Under the pieces are notes generated by a model. That model had not been told where the DNA came from. It saw only the letters and a program-made list of their open reading frames with translations, and ran no database searches. From assembly GCA_009602725.1 (NCBI GenBank), contig WELB01000012.1, positions 342,250 through 406,249 of the forward strand: 64,000 nucleotides of DNA, given 5' to 3'. This document shows positions 1 through 17,165 of this stretch, piece after piece. Within the stretch, counting starts at the first letter, position 1, and every line of letters begins with the position of its first letter. The position numbers were made by a program, and so were the translations under genes. The DNA is from Spirogloea muscicola (taxonomy: Eukaryota).

Positions 1-2350
1 TGGAAAGGAGGGCCAAAAATGCCGATGGGGGCCGTCGTCGTCGTCGTCGGCGTCGCCGGACGCTTCGGCCGCCGACGCCGTCCAGCAGCACTCCTTGGAC
101 GCCGGCGGCGCGGGAGGGCGGCCGCCGCACGAAGGCGCGGCGGCGGCGAGCCACAGAAGCGCCGTCAGTGGCAACGGTGCCGGCGTTGCGCAGCCGCGCC
201 GCGCCACATTTTCTGACGCAGAGGATGGGGCCCAAGGCCGAGCAGCCGCAGCGGCCGGCGCGCCGGAGGACGGCGCCAGCACTATCCGGGGCGACGGCGG
301 CGGCGGTGGCGGCGGCGTCGCCATGGCGGGGATGGCGCAGGCGTTCGGCATCGGGCCGCGCATGGCGCTCGGCATCACCACGGCCGTTTCGGCGCTCGCC
401 ATCACCGTCCCGCTCTTCATGCTCCCCAGCCTCGGCGCGCTCTCCGCCAAGGCGAGAGCCCACCAAGTCCTTCTGAGCACGCGCCAGCTTGGAGCGCTCG
501 GGCAGCTCTGCCTCGCGAGCTGTCTCTGCTCGCAATAACGTTCGCCTCTCGGTGTCGCACTGGCAGGCCAAGGGGCTGGCATACCTCACGCTCATATGCG
601 GCTTCTTCATGGCCTGGAACATCGGTGCCAACGACGTTGCCAATGCCATGGGCACGTCCGTGGGCTCCGGCGCGTTAACGCTCCGCCAGGTGCCGCCACC
701 TTGACAAGTGTCTAGCAAGCAATGCCTAAGAGTCTGAACTATCTGCTTTGCTTATCATGTCATTGAGGATAGGCAGCTCTTGCACCACACGGTCGCTTTG
801 GTGGCATTGGCAGGCATGCAGCTCCTCTGCTGCCTTAACTCCTCACATCTGACCCGCTTTTGGGCACCTCCACCTTGCTGGTCCAGGCAGTCATGACTGC
901 TGCGGTTCTGGAGTTTGCTGGAGCTTTTCTGGTGGGGTCCCACGTGAGCCACACGATGCAGAAGGGCATAGTGAATGCCGCCGTCTTCCACGGCCGGGAC
1001 TCGCTCCTCTTCTCCGGCCTTCTGGCATCCCTGGCAGCCGCCGGCACCTGGCTCCAGGTGCACGCCATCCGTGTGCCGAGCGCTCCTGGTTCTCAGGCCC
1101 TTCGCCTCTTCCTGTGGCCCGAAGACTTTGCCTCTGCCAGCCACCGGCACTGACTGCGCCGCCACGCACTCCCAGGTGGCATCCTTCTATGGGTGGCCGG
1201 TGTCAACCACGCACTGCATCGTCGGGGCGCTGGTGGGATTTGGGATTGTGTATGGTGGCTCCGGCGCCGTGTACTGGGCATCCCTGGCTCGCGTGGTCGC
1301 GTCCTGGGTTGTCTCACCGCTCATGGGTGCCACCGTGGCTTTCTTGGCCTACAAGTGCATCCGCACGGTGAGCCCCAACGTTGCTCTCTGGTCCCTATGC
1401 CTTGTCCATCAATGTGCTGCTTGGCTTTCGCGCCTCATGACTTGAACGTCTCACTGAGGCATCTCAGTCATCCTTCGTTTCTGACTGGGCCTTCCCCACA
1501 ATTGCGACTGCACACGCGGCAGTTTGTGTACAGTGCCGCCAACCCCGGCCGTGCAGCAGCGCGTGCTGCGCCCGTAGCCGTGTTTCTTGGTGTGGCGGTG
1601 CTTGGCTCCACCTCCTTTTCTGTCGGCAGCGGGACTGCGTCTGCTGCTGCGCTGCTGGCTGTGCTGGCTGGGGCCCTGGGGGCAGGTGCCATGCACCTTG
1701 TGGTGCAACGGCAGCTGGGCAACCTGCTGGGCGACTCATGCGACCTGGAGGTGAGCGACGAAGAACGGGTACGGCGCCGGCAGGACAGCGCACGTGCGGG
1801 TCGCGGCCCCACCGGGACCCAGCTCCAGATTGTGTACGGAGTCTTCGGGTACCTCCAGGTGCTCTCAGCGTGCTTCATGTCATTCGCACACGGCGCCAAC
1901 GACGTCGCCAACGCCATTGGGCCCATCTCCGCAGCGCTGGCCATCCTCAATGGCGCTATATCGTCCCCAGCCAGTGGGGGCAGCGTGGCAACTTCTGTGC
2001 TTGCATGGGGTGGCTTTGGCATCGTGGCAGGCCTCGTGGTTTGGGGCTACCGTGTGATTGCAACAATTGGCGAGAAAATCACGGAGCTGACCCCGACCCG
2101 CGGGTTCTCGGCGGAATTCGCGGCAGCCTCAGTTGTCGTTTTCGCCTCGCGCCTTGGGCTGCCCATCTCAGCAACACACACGCTGGTTGGCGCGGTCATG
2201 GGCGTTGGCTTCGCCCGTGGTCTCAACAGCGTACGTGTTGACGTCGTCAAGGAGATAGTCGCATCGTGGCTCGTCACCATCCCCATCGGCGCCATGCTGT
2301 CGGTCTTCTATACCTTCCTATTCTCCCGGTTTATCCCTGCCATCTTGTGA
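1..2350 (+). CDS. PHT2;1: PiT/PHO4-family inorganic phosphate transporter, plastid PHT2;1-like (5' end probably upstream of the window)
   Basis: Exons <1-451, 567-689, 887-1057, 1176-1367, 1523-2350 join in frame. Both PiT signatures are present ([35 protein letters not shown]), plus GWPVSTTH and [14 protein letters not shown]. The frame is open from base 2 and Ala/Ser-rich, like a transit peptide. Intron 1 is modelled as GC-AG. Confidence 0.93.
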
Positions 2351-3152
2351 CCACTGCACACTCTCCTGTCTCTGCTTTTTGCAACTATTAGGGAGCACTG
2401 CAGTCGGCTGCAGCAGGTCCAAGCCTCCCGCCGCTGCGAGAAACGAGCGGCCTTTGAGATGCAAACTTAGTTAGCTTCACAACAGTGGCCAAGAAGTCAA
2501 GGCATCTGAGGGGTGTCAGGTCTACAATGGCATTCTTTTCCGCTCTGCAAGAGGTTTCGTAACCGCCTGTTGAGCATGCTCTTAATGAAGCGGGGTTTAG
2601 AAAAGTCCCCATTAGAGTATTGGCACTATATTGTCATGTCAGATGATATGTTACAGAGGGCGGACAAGTGTGAGTGACCATTGTCATGTGCGCAACCAAA
2701 AATGCAGATCCAGGCTCACGCATTGAGCTGCTCCTGTGGGCCTCCTATTGCAGCACGTTGCTTGCACATGCGGCAGAGAGCATACATACTCAAAGTGAGC
2801 CGTTTGAAGCAGTCTTTATGACACGCCGAAAAGCCATGTACAATGCATTCGAGTGTCCTGAGGTAGGCATTGCAGGATAGCCGAAGGCCAGCCGTTTGCG
2901 AGCTCTGCATGGTGCTATGGCTTCTCCCAGGACAGGCAGAGCTCAGGCGGAACTTCCCAGGCTCTGTCTCAGTGTTTGCGATTAACAGATGTGAACGTGG
3001 GATGCTTGCAGTGGCTTGCTTCTTACTTAGTAACGAACAGAGGAAGGATGCGAATTGACTGTGAAAGCTTAATAAAATAATGGTCCTCCAACCGGGACTG
3101 TACATTGAGGAAATAGCCAGTTGTGGATGGAGGCACACAGGTGCCTGGGCAC

Positions 3153-7204
<4,052 letters not shown>

Positions 7205-8170
7205 NNNNNNNNNNNNNNNNNNNNNNNNNNNNNNNNNNNNNNNNNNNNNNNNNNNNNNNNNNNNNNNNNNNNNNNNNNNNNNNNNNNNNNNNNNNNNNNN
7301 NNNNNNNNNNNNNNNNNNNNNNNNNNNNNNNNNNNNNNNNNNNNNNNNNNNNNNNNNNNNNNNNNNNNNNNNNNNNNNNNNNNNNNNNNNNNNNNNNNNN
7401 NNNNNNNNNNNNNNNNNNNNNNNNNNNNNNNNNNNNNNNNNNNNNNNNNNNNNNNNNNNNNNNNNNNNNNNNNNNNNNNNNNNNNNNNNNNNNNNNNNNN
7501 NNNNNNNNNNNNNNNNNNNNNNNNNNNNNNNNNNNNNNNNNNNNNNNNNNNNNNNNNNNNNNNNNNNNNNNNNNNNNNNNNNNNNNNNNNNNNNNNNNNN
7601 NNNNNNNNNNNNNNNNNNNNNNNNNNNNNNNNNNNNNNNNNNNNNNNNNNNNNNNNNNNNNNNNNNNNNNNNNNNNNNNNNNNNNNNNNNNNNNNNNNNN
7701 NNNNNNNNNNNNNNNNNNNNNNNNNNNNNNNNNNNNNNNNNNNNNNNNNNNNNNNNNNNNNNNNNNNNNNNNNNNNNNNNNNNNNNNNNNNNNNNNNNNN
7801 NNNNNNNNNNNNNNNNNNNNNNNNNNNNNNNNNNNNNNNNNNNNNNNNNNNNNNNNNNNNNNNNNNNNNNNNNNNNNNNNNNNNNNNNNNNNNNNNNNNN
7901 NNNNNNNNNNNNNNNNNNNNNNNNNNNNNNNNNNNNNNNNNNNNNNNNNNNNNNNNNNNNNNNNNNNNNNNNNNNNNNNNNNNNNNNNNNNNNNNNNNNN
8001 NNNNNNNNNNNNNNNNNNNNNNNNNNNNNNNNNNNNNNNNNNNNNNNNNNNNNNNNNNNNNNNNNNNNNNNNNNNNNNNNNNNNNNNNNNNNNNNNNNNN
8101 NNNNNNNNNNNNNNNNNNNNNNNNNNNNNNNNNNNNNNNNNNNNNNNNNNNNNNNNNNNNNNNNNNNNNN
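7205..8170. other. Assembly gap (N run) hiding the RH50/ARPC2 divergent promoter and both start codons
   Basis: N run; the coding frames of both neighbouring genes run towards it. Confidence 0.97.
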
Positions 8171-10203
8171 GCGCGCAGCCTTCGGGGCCGCCGGCGCCGC
8201 CGTGCGCGTGGCGGGCCGCGCCGAGCCCGGCTTCGGCCTCACGCTGGAGGTCGACCTGGCGGCCCTCCCGCCGGAGCCTGGTGGGTCTGCGCCATCGCCG
8301 GCTCCGCCTCCGGCTGCCCTCCGGACCTCAGCCCCTGCTCCCGAGACCGCCCGCGTCTGATCAAGCAGACCCTGAACGACAAAGTTGATGTGCAGGCATA
8401 GACTGGAACAGTAGTGTCATTGCCGTTGTTGTTCAGCCTCGTGGGCTTGTGGCCACGACTTTGGGTTCATGTCAGAGCCTGTGGTAGCCCGTCGCAGAGG
8501 GTTCACCGCCGCCACCATCTGGCACCACTCGCTCGCTCTGCAGCTGAGCGCCGTCCTGAAGCCTCGCAAGCTGGTCGTGTGGCAGAGGCTCGTGGCTCTG
8601 CTCTCGGCCGGATGGCAGAGCTCCGGGCCATTGTCTGCGGTGCCCAAGTGCGTGCCATCCTGTCCCGGCTCGCGGCCACGCAACCGCCGGATGCCGGCGG
8701 CGCCCTTGTGGCAGTGGCGCAGAGCACCAGAGACCACTTCTTTGTTGCCCCCTCAGTGAGGCGTGACATCAACCATCTGGGCTGCATTGCATTAGGTAGC
8801 TTCTTGGAGATGCTGCGAGCGTGCTTCGCCAAGACGAGCCAGCTGCATTTCCTGAGAGGCACCCGCACCCGCACACTGCTTATGCTGTTATTGCCTTGTT
8901 GCAGTCAGAGCAGGTCACAGTCGTCTTCCCCATGCACTTCCAGGACGGCGATGAGTCGACCTTGGCAGCATCCTTGCTCCAGGTGAGCCCAGTAGTTGTC
9001 AATCCTTCCTAGCGCCACAGCTGCAAGTTACTGTAGGTCCGTACATCTCTCGTGACGACCAACATCTGCTGGACCAAGAACAGCAGCCAAAACATTAGCA
9101 GCTGAAATATCCTGAATACAGTTGCTTCTTGTGCCATGTCCCGTGACAAAAGTATGTGAGCCCTCTGGCTCTTGAGCTTTGTGCCCCTGTGCCTAAAGTG
9201 CATTTGCTTACACTGTCAGGAGTTTGTGGAGGCACGGAGGACGCCTGCTCTGAGCTCCGCTCCATTCTGCTCATATGCCCCGTTTCCTCCACTAGAGCTC
9301 AAGGGAGCTCCAGCTGCAGAGCAGGCGCTGCTTGCGAATGCTGGTTACGTGTCACTTGGTATCGACTTGTTTCCCTTGTTAACAAGCAGAGACATTCCCA
9401 TCCCCGCTCAACTGCCTTCGTCAAGATTTGCAATTCATGCCCTTTGACGCTTCTGCAAGCACCCCTGGCTCTTGTTGCAAATTAGACAGAGACTTGCTCT
9501 TGGATGAACACACCAACAAGCTGATCACTTCATAACGCCATCAGTGCGTGTGTCACGGGTCTCTGCTAGAAACTGAAGTGGTCTGCGAGCAGTCATATTT
9601 CCCAGGCATGTGATAGGGCCAAAGTTGGAGAAAACAACATGGTCGCTCATCAACTTCCACGCCTATATCAGCTACCACATCAAGGTGAACGGGCCCCATT
9701 TGCAGAGCAAGAGCTGTGGGGGTCTTCAATTGAAGCTTATTTGAAGTGTTGCTGCAGATTTTCAAAGTTTATGATACACTTGCTTAAGTGACAGGACGCG
9801 TATCATAGTGTGATGCAGTCATCCTCGGGGCCTGTGCTAAACCAAACCCAGCTTCTTAAGCGACAGTGCTCCAAGACCTTCATACACGCACGAATGCGTC
9901 GGCGAGGTGATTCCCTTATCCAGGTATGTACTGTGCCAAGCCTCTGTGATCTCGCCTGCAGACCTGTACCTGAGTCTGGACTGAATTTTTGCTTGTTCAC
10001 AAGATGAATATTGCCAGTGCATACTAGACATGGCCATTGCCGATTGTGCTGTAGTACTCTACTCAATGCAGGTCGGCGTGCAAAAAGTTGGAAATGCCTC
10101 ATGCCATTTCTTCAATATCATGCAGGCCCTAAACAAGGCCAAACCGGATCTTGAGAAGGACAAAAAGACTGCACAAGGGCGGTCGTTTAAGCGTCAAGTT
10201 TGA
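8171..10203 (+). CDS. ARPC2: Arp2/3 complex subunit 2 (p34-Arc), 5'-partial
   Basis: Exons encode GFGLTLEVDL, VTVVFPMHFQD...LAASLLQ, EFVEARRTPALSSAP...PPLELKGAP...NAGYVS, VIFPRHV...FHAYISYHIK, CSKTFIHARMRRR and ALNKAKPD...GRSFKRQV*. These are characteristic of plant ARPC2. Confidence 0.93.
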
Positions 10204-10637
10204 TTTTGGAGGCAATGGTCGTGACCAGTCCATGAAGATGTCCTCATGAACATGTCCTCAGTTGGAGCCTGTCCTCTTGCTCTGCTTAAGCAGACATTGT
10301 ATTGTCCCTTCACAACTGCAGCACAGTGCTTAGACATCGGCCTCCGCCAGCTTGGCATGCTGCCCACCTGGTCCAGTAGTGTGCAAACACTGCAATGGCA
10401 GGTCACACCCAGAGGACTCCTGCAGCAGTATTCAAGAGAACCAAGTAGAGGGATGAGCTCGCTTTACTGCTAGCGTTTGCAAGTTGGATCATCGAGTGAA
10501 AAGCACTCACTTGCCGGCTTCACGTACTGCTACTTATAGGTGAAGCTCTCATTCAGTTTAATCAGCAGCCTGGCCACATTGGCAAGACGTGTGGGCAATT
10601 GCCGGTGTTGTTGGTCATGTGGGCTCTCTTGCACAAT

Positions 10638-13600
10638 TCATGCAGCCCCTTGGTGACCGGCATTGGCATTCCCTGCGAAACCCCCAAAATAATCTGACTG
10701 ACTGTCTAGCAGCTCTAACTGGCGCAGAATCCTCCCAGCAACCTGCTTCACCTTGGGAGCTCCGTGCTGGACAGAAATGACAGGTTTAAGTATCAGTACC
10801 AGGTTTCCTGATTACCTGATTGCCATATGCATGGGAGCAGAGCATTTTCCTGTACGTGGGCATGATGCCAGGAAAAGTGGGAAGCCATTAGACAACGACA
10901 ATGTCAAAGAGTATCTCTGTGAGGTCTGCATTTTTCAATTCACATGTTCCGCTAGACAAGGAGCACTGAGTACACAAGCAGGCATTCTCATCAGTGTTGG
11001 GCCTACACTTCTTGTACCTGGGCCACAGTGATGACATGCATCTGTGCCGCCATCCCATATTTCTTCTTGTACTCCTCTTCACGAAATATAATTTCACAAA
11101 GAACAACTGCCCTTTCCTGTGATTGTGGGGTACCATTTGTCAGCAGTTCAATAACAGGTTGGATCCCCCTCGCCTCGGCTATCAGCCTCAACCCCTTCTG
11201 AACCATCCGCTCCTCCTGCATGTTTGTATATAAGTTGGATGAGGACATCTATGCCAGCCACAATGAGACTGAGCGACCTTCTAACAAGCTCAGTTCCTCT
11301 GAGTGCAAGCAGCACGCGCCCATCATTAACCACATGTGATGGATCATTTATTTTATTTGCTGATGCAAGTGAAATGCACAGTACTATGAAACCAATTTCA
11401 GCTCATCTGTTGGTGACTTGTACCACCAAACATGCTGACCTGCACTAATGTATGCAAAGCCCGGACAGCCTCCTCTGCAGCTGCACTTTTGGCCTCCCTA
11501 TATAGTGTAGCCCAGAAGCATGTCTTATCATCCAATTGACAGTCCATGTTAAATTGCAGAGGAACTCAGCTGCCTCTGTGATACTGACCAGTTGATAGCC
11601 TTGTGCACAGAGAACTTTTTCTAGTCGCACTGTCTATATAGTTTGCCAATTCGTTCAGGTGAACCACAGCTCAGAATGTGCAAAGCAGATGCAAGATTGT
11701 GTGCGAGAGCAGGCACTACCTCAGGACAAGCACCAGTGGCTTGATGGCCTGGGCTTGCACCAGGCACATGCTGCGCTGCACACTGCAGATGCCGCTGTGC
11801 AGTATGCACTCTTCCTCTGGTGTGCCAAAGCATCCCAGTCTCCGATGCTTCACAGGCTTGCTGCAGATTCCATCAGTGTACAAGTTGGTCACAACCAGCA
11901 TTGCTAATGTGAGCAGCAACACTTGCTTCCAAGTTCCACTATACGTGTCATTGCTGCTTGCCTTGTCACGAGAAACTGGTTTAGGGTCACCCCATACCTA
12001 AGGCTGGGCGTATTGGTTGAGAAGTTGGCAAGCATGGCCACCGCTCGTCGCTTGCCCAAGTGTGTCCCACAATCCAGCATGCGCACAAGGACGGGAATGA
12101 CCCCCTGAGCAGCAACCTGGCGCTGCAAGTCAACTGCCTTGGGTAACGTGAACCGCTCAAGTACACCTGCCACCGCTTCCTGCACAAGGTGCACTCTGCG
12201 CTATCACATATGGTGAGGTTACAATTGGAGTACAGAACAGGGGATATGTATAACACTCTTGTCAGTGCACGACACTGCTGTCTAGGCTTGACAAAGTTGT
12301 GAAGGTGACCTGCAAGCTGGAAAACATGCAGGAGATGCATGAAGCAGAGAGCTTGCACAAAGCTCTGAGGGCATCAGCTAGCTCTTGCACCTATCTGTGA
12401 ATATGGAGTGCAGCCCTGGACTCTATGCAGCAGGGCTGCCCAGAGTAGGGTCTTAGCTGGGTCAAATCCAATGCTCAGCAAGGCATGAGAGAAGGGGCTG
12501 ACGCGAATGCCATCTACCTGCAGCGCTCCAACTTTGGCATGGAGAAGGACCGCAAGCACAGGAATGACACCACTGTTTTGGAGAAGCTTGGTTGTGGCCT
12601 CGTCCTCAGCGGGCGCGTTGGCCAGTATCCGTGCTGCGGCCAGCCTTTCCTCAGGCCGCTGATCGCCCGGAGCCTTGAAGAGGCTGACGAGGTAAGAGAA
12701 TGCCGGCTGGCTACTCTGCAGGGCCTTCATTTCATACTCCTGGAAGTCGGTTGAAAGGCAGTAGATCAAGTGAAGGGCCTGCCTCCGCACTGTGGGGTCA
12801 GCGTCCTCCCTGAGGAAGCTGAGGAGCGGTTGCAGGGCGTGTTCCTTGAGGAGAGGCCTAGCCACCTACAAGACACTGGACATTGCATGAGAACTGAGAG
12901 TACACAGTGCTATCCCAGGTGACCAAGCAGCCTTATCCATTGACGCAGCAAGAAGAGTGAGTGTTAATGGAAGGTGCATATGCAACAAAGGCCAAACTGC
13001 TTCGGATGAAAAGATGCCGACGTATAGAACCACTCCGTAAGATCTCAAGCAACAACTTGTGCGTCTTACCGTGCCAGTGATCAAGCCTTCTGCTGAACCA
13101 GCAAGCCCTTTGAGCAACGAAGCCTGCACTCACAGTGCATATCTGGTAATTGTAGCTGGATGTATGATACTGTAGCTTATGAGTTCCATATGCAGGTCTA
13201 CATCGGAGAAAGTACAAAATGGTACAACTTCTTCGAGACGAATACGCTGATGATACCAGCTGCAAGTGCAAAAGCTATCGGGAGAAAAACATCCCCCTGT
13301 CCCTAACAAAGACCAGTAAAGTAGACTGCTTGAGTATACTGACTCTCTTGCAGCAAAACAAGACGTAGCTTACAAGAGCGACAAATAAAGATGAGTGGCC
13401 AAAGATGAGTGGACCATAATTGGTAGGTTAGCAGAGGGAAGTCAACTGAGCAAGCACACCCCCCAGGCCTCATTTCAGGAGACACTCACACAAACATAGA
13501 GACAATACTGGAAGACATACCTGCACCTCATTGCTAACACTTGGGCCAAGCAGGGGGAGGAGGGATAAGAGGTTGTCTTCCAGCTCCCTCTGACTTTCCC

Positions 13601-16407
13601 GTGTCTTTGTCCACTTGCGACCAGTAGCCATGAGGATGTGCGCCAGCATGTCAGCCACAGCAGCCTGCCAGTAAGACAAGAGATCTTATATTTAATCCAA
13701 TGGCTGGGCGAAAGCTGAAAAAGAATTGGCACAGATAGATGTGAAGGTCATCAGCACCTGTGCTAAGGGTGTTCCCAATCACGATTGCAAGCTAGTGGCC
13801 TCACAGAGACATTGCATACCTTTGCTATTGGAGACAGACGGATGTTGCTAAGGAGAGCCGTAAGGGTAGGCCACACTCCTGAAGCCTTCCCAATAGCTCG
13901 AGCAATGCTTTCAACAGAGGACAAGGCCTGCCAGTTACAGATGGCCAGACACATGCAAGGAGCAAGACGCTTTGAGTCTGCTGACATCGGTTTGCCTGCC
14001 CCTTAATCCTGATTACATGTAAAATGACTGTCTATTCCTGCGCAGGTTGCATGACGGTTGACATGCTATTGTGTAAATTCACAGCACATGCAGGAGGATC
14101 CAAAGGGAGTCACACAGCAACCTGAAGGGCACACACTGCTGCTTCCTTGTGCTCGGGAGGGAAGGACGGATGCAGTAGCGACAGGAGCGGCTCAATTGCA
14201 CCCTCCTTTGCTATGAAAAGCTTGCTCTTGTCTGTCATCTGGTGCTTTGCAAGTGTCTGAGCCATGATCACTTTTGAAGTGGTAGGACCTGCAAAGGGTT
14301 CTCAGCTACAAGAGTAAAAGGTCTTGCACGCAAAGCATCAAGACATGAGAGAGGAACTTTGACCAAGCAGACGGAAAAAGTTTGTGAAAGACAGTGCAGA
14401 TAACGACACAGACGGTAACAGCGCCCTGCGTGGATACAACATACTGCCAGCAGCATTTGGAGATGAGATTCGACACTACCTTCTCTCAACCGGACAACCA
14501 ATGGTGTGAAGAGGTTGGCTCCTGCCATGCTTTGTATAAGTTCATCATCAGAGGGAAGGTTCATCAGAACAGCCCGAGCACAACTGGCAGCCTCCTCAGA
14601 TTCACTTCCCAGCATTGTCACCAACAGAAGGACAGCCCCCTGCAGAATGAATCGATCAAATGATCCAAGGAGCTAAGCGTTACAACTGTATTACCAAGTG
14701 AGCACCAGCGGAGCAAAATCGTGCAGTGCAGTCCATGTAATCATCTGAAGCAGATGTACTTTCTCAGAGCAGAAAAGACTAGTTGCTTGCTTCTATGTTT
14801 GAAAAGCTGGCTCCCAATGCCGGACTAGCCAACCATAGATACTTCATAGCTGCTATTGCTTTGATGCTCTCTAAGATGCTCTCTGGTGAGGATGTTTCTC
14901 CATGTGGACGTAGAATGAACGGACAGTGACCTGAGATCGTGCAATGCAATCTGCTATGATTGGAACTGTGGAAAGCTCCTGCAGAAGCATGGCAGCGCAG
15001 TGGCCCTCTTCCGTCTTCTTTCCAAGCGATCGCACAACTGCATCAATGGCCCCTGCTTCTGCAACAGCTTCCTGTGCCGCAGAAGATCCATTGTCAGTGA
15101 CGAATGAGTGACTGATGCAATCAGTAAATTTCGAATCTATGCAGAGGCAGTATCATGATGACCCTTCGTGTGTCATGTTAGCTTTGGTCTCTTTGAGGAA
15201 ATACAACATCTCACCTTATTGTCGATGTTATTTAGCACAACCGCCAACACTGTCCGAAGGGCTGCAATCCTAAGGTCAGTGTCGCTCGCACGGAGTAAAG
15301 CAATGAGTGGAGGAAGAAGCCCACGGGAGACCGTTGAGTACTTGTTGCTGCTACTTGCCAAACAAAGATCCCGTATGCTCTTCAGACCATCAAGCTGAAA
15401 AGAGACAACGCAACGAGGTATTACAACATCTGGCAAGCATTTGACATAGGCAACAAGCGTTAAGCCATTGCTAGCAGAAGGATAAAAGTCTTGGTACATG
15501 CACCCCATTTCCCAACTTTTTGCACAACCTTCTCATTGTGATTATGCTTGTGCCAGATTAACAATGCACCTGATCTTGCAAGCTACCGGAATTGGCGAGG
15601 AGCTTAGAAGCAGTGTCCATCTGCTTTCTGTAGTTCCTCTCCCTCCATTCAGCAATGGAGGACCTCAGATTGAGGTTGGGCTGTCATCACAGCAAGAGAT
15701 CACCCATGAGCACAATTTGGAGGGCAGCACTGCATGTGCACGGCTGACAATCTATACTAGCACAGGAGTCTCCCCAAGCTTCACAAAATGCACGTACTCG
15801 CATTGTGGTATTAGCGAGCTCCTGGCCCATCGGGCATCGCTCCTGGCCTTGGGCAAACCACTGCTCGATTGCTGCCCTTTCATACGTCTGCAGGACATAT
15901 TCAGTGCTATGAGCGTAAGAAAGCATCGTCTTGTGCATTGAATTGCCAAAACCTTGCTGCCTTCTGTTTCTTCATATTTGGTCTGCTCTAGGGCACCCTT
16001 TTGTACGGCAGCCTGACCCGACAAAGTCTGTCTTACAGCGGACGACGTGATACAAGTTACAGCAAGCGCCTGGCTCAGAGCTACGGCCATGCTGACAACA
16101 CAAGTAGTACCTCCCTTGACTGTAGATCATGTAAACGAGCAGGAACGTCTTGTACCACAGGAATGAATGCCCATGTCATATTGCCGCGACCCAGTACGTG
16201 CACCTATTGAGGAGCGTGCCACGAGCGGACGGGATGGCGCAAGACCTGGCCAGAAGCTATCTGGACGGGGTCCACCATGACCTCGTGCGTGATGGGGCAG
16301 ATGAAGCTCGGCAACGGCTGCGAGCTCCCGTGGCTGTCCGGCACGCCTGGTCTCATCTTCGCGAAACTTAAGTCCCGGCTGTCAAGCGAGCCGGCGAGCG
16401 GGGACAT
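10638..16407 (-). CDS. U-box/armadillo-repeat E3 ubiquitin ligase (PUB43/PUB44/SAUL1-like)
   Basis: N-terminal U-box split over exons (SFICPITHEVMVDPVQIASGQ|TYERAAIEQWFAQGQERCP...|PNLNLRSSIAEWRERN), several ARM-like exons, a Cys/His motif CxxHxGxC (~11780) and last exon 10766-10638 HGAPKVKQVAGRILRQLELLDSQSDYF...*. Confidence 0.88.
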
Positions 16408-17063
16408 CCTGCTCTAACGTTGGCCCTCGGCCGGCTCCAAGGATCAACGTGCTGCAGAAATTAAGTGAGTAGAGTGTCAAACCACAGTGATATGTGATAA
16501 ACACAGGGCACGTTGAGCAGAGAGGAAGCGTGAGAGCGCAGAGGGAAGTGAGCACCACTGGCTGCAAGGACGTGCTGCTGGCCACCAGCCAGTGGCTCCA
16601 GCACAAGGCTGCTGTGAGGCGGGAGACCTGGCAGAGGAGAACGGCAGCAGGACGGCGGCGCCTCGTCTGGCACGCTGCGCGGTCGCGCCGGCGGCGGTCG
16701 CCACGAGCGACGAGCTCGCGGCATTGCCATCGGCGCTGACGGGAGCGCTGCCGAGCACAGTGCTGTCAGGCACTGTGCTCGGAGGACCGCTGCCGCCGCC
16801 GCCGCAGCCGCTGCGCCGCGGCTGCCGCTCTTCACGGCGCCCTCGAGGCCTCGCTCAGGGGGAGCGGCCCCTCCGCGGCCGCCTAGCCGGCCTCCGCGCG
16901 GCGTCGCAAGCTGCNCGGCGGGGGCGGGGTGGGCGGCGGAAGCCGCGGCGCGGGTGGTGGGCCCTAATGAGTTACCGTCTTCCCAAGTCAAGGCGGCCCC
17001 ACGTCACGGGCGTCAGCGGCGTCAGCGGCGCCGCCCGGGTCAGCGCCGGGCGGGCCCAACTCG

Positions 17064-17094
17064 GATCCGTCAGCGGGTCCCCCGCTGACGGATC
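17064..17094. repeat. Perfect 14-bp inverted repeat (GATCCGTCAGCGGG-TCC-CCCGCTGACGGATC)
   Basis: Read directly; 14-bp stem, 3-nt loop. Confidence 0.9.
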
Positions 17095-17165
17095 TCAAGG
17101 GGATATCTCAGGGGGATAGGTTTGCGGCAGCTAGTCTGTCGGATCTGAGGCTCCTCGCTCGTAAA

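Noticed and set aside
17064..17134. Helitron 3' end (hairpin followed by CTAG)
   Set aside because: The CTAG is ~37 nt from the hairpin rather than about 10-15 nt, and no 5' end or second copy is visible.
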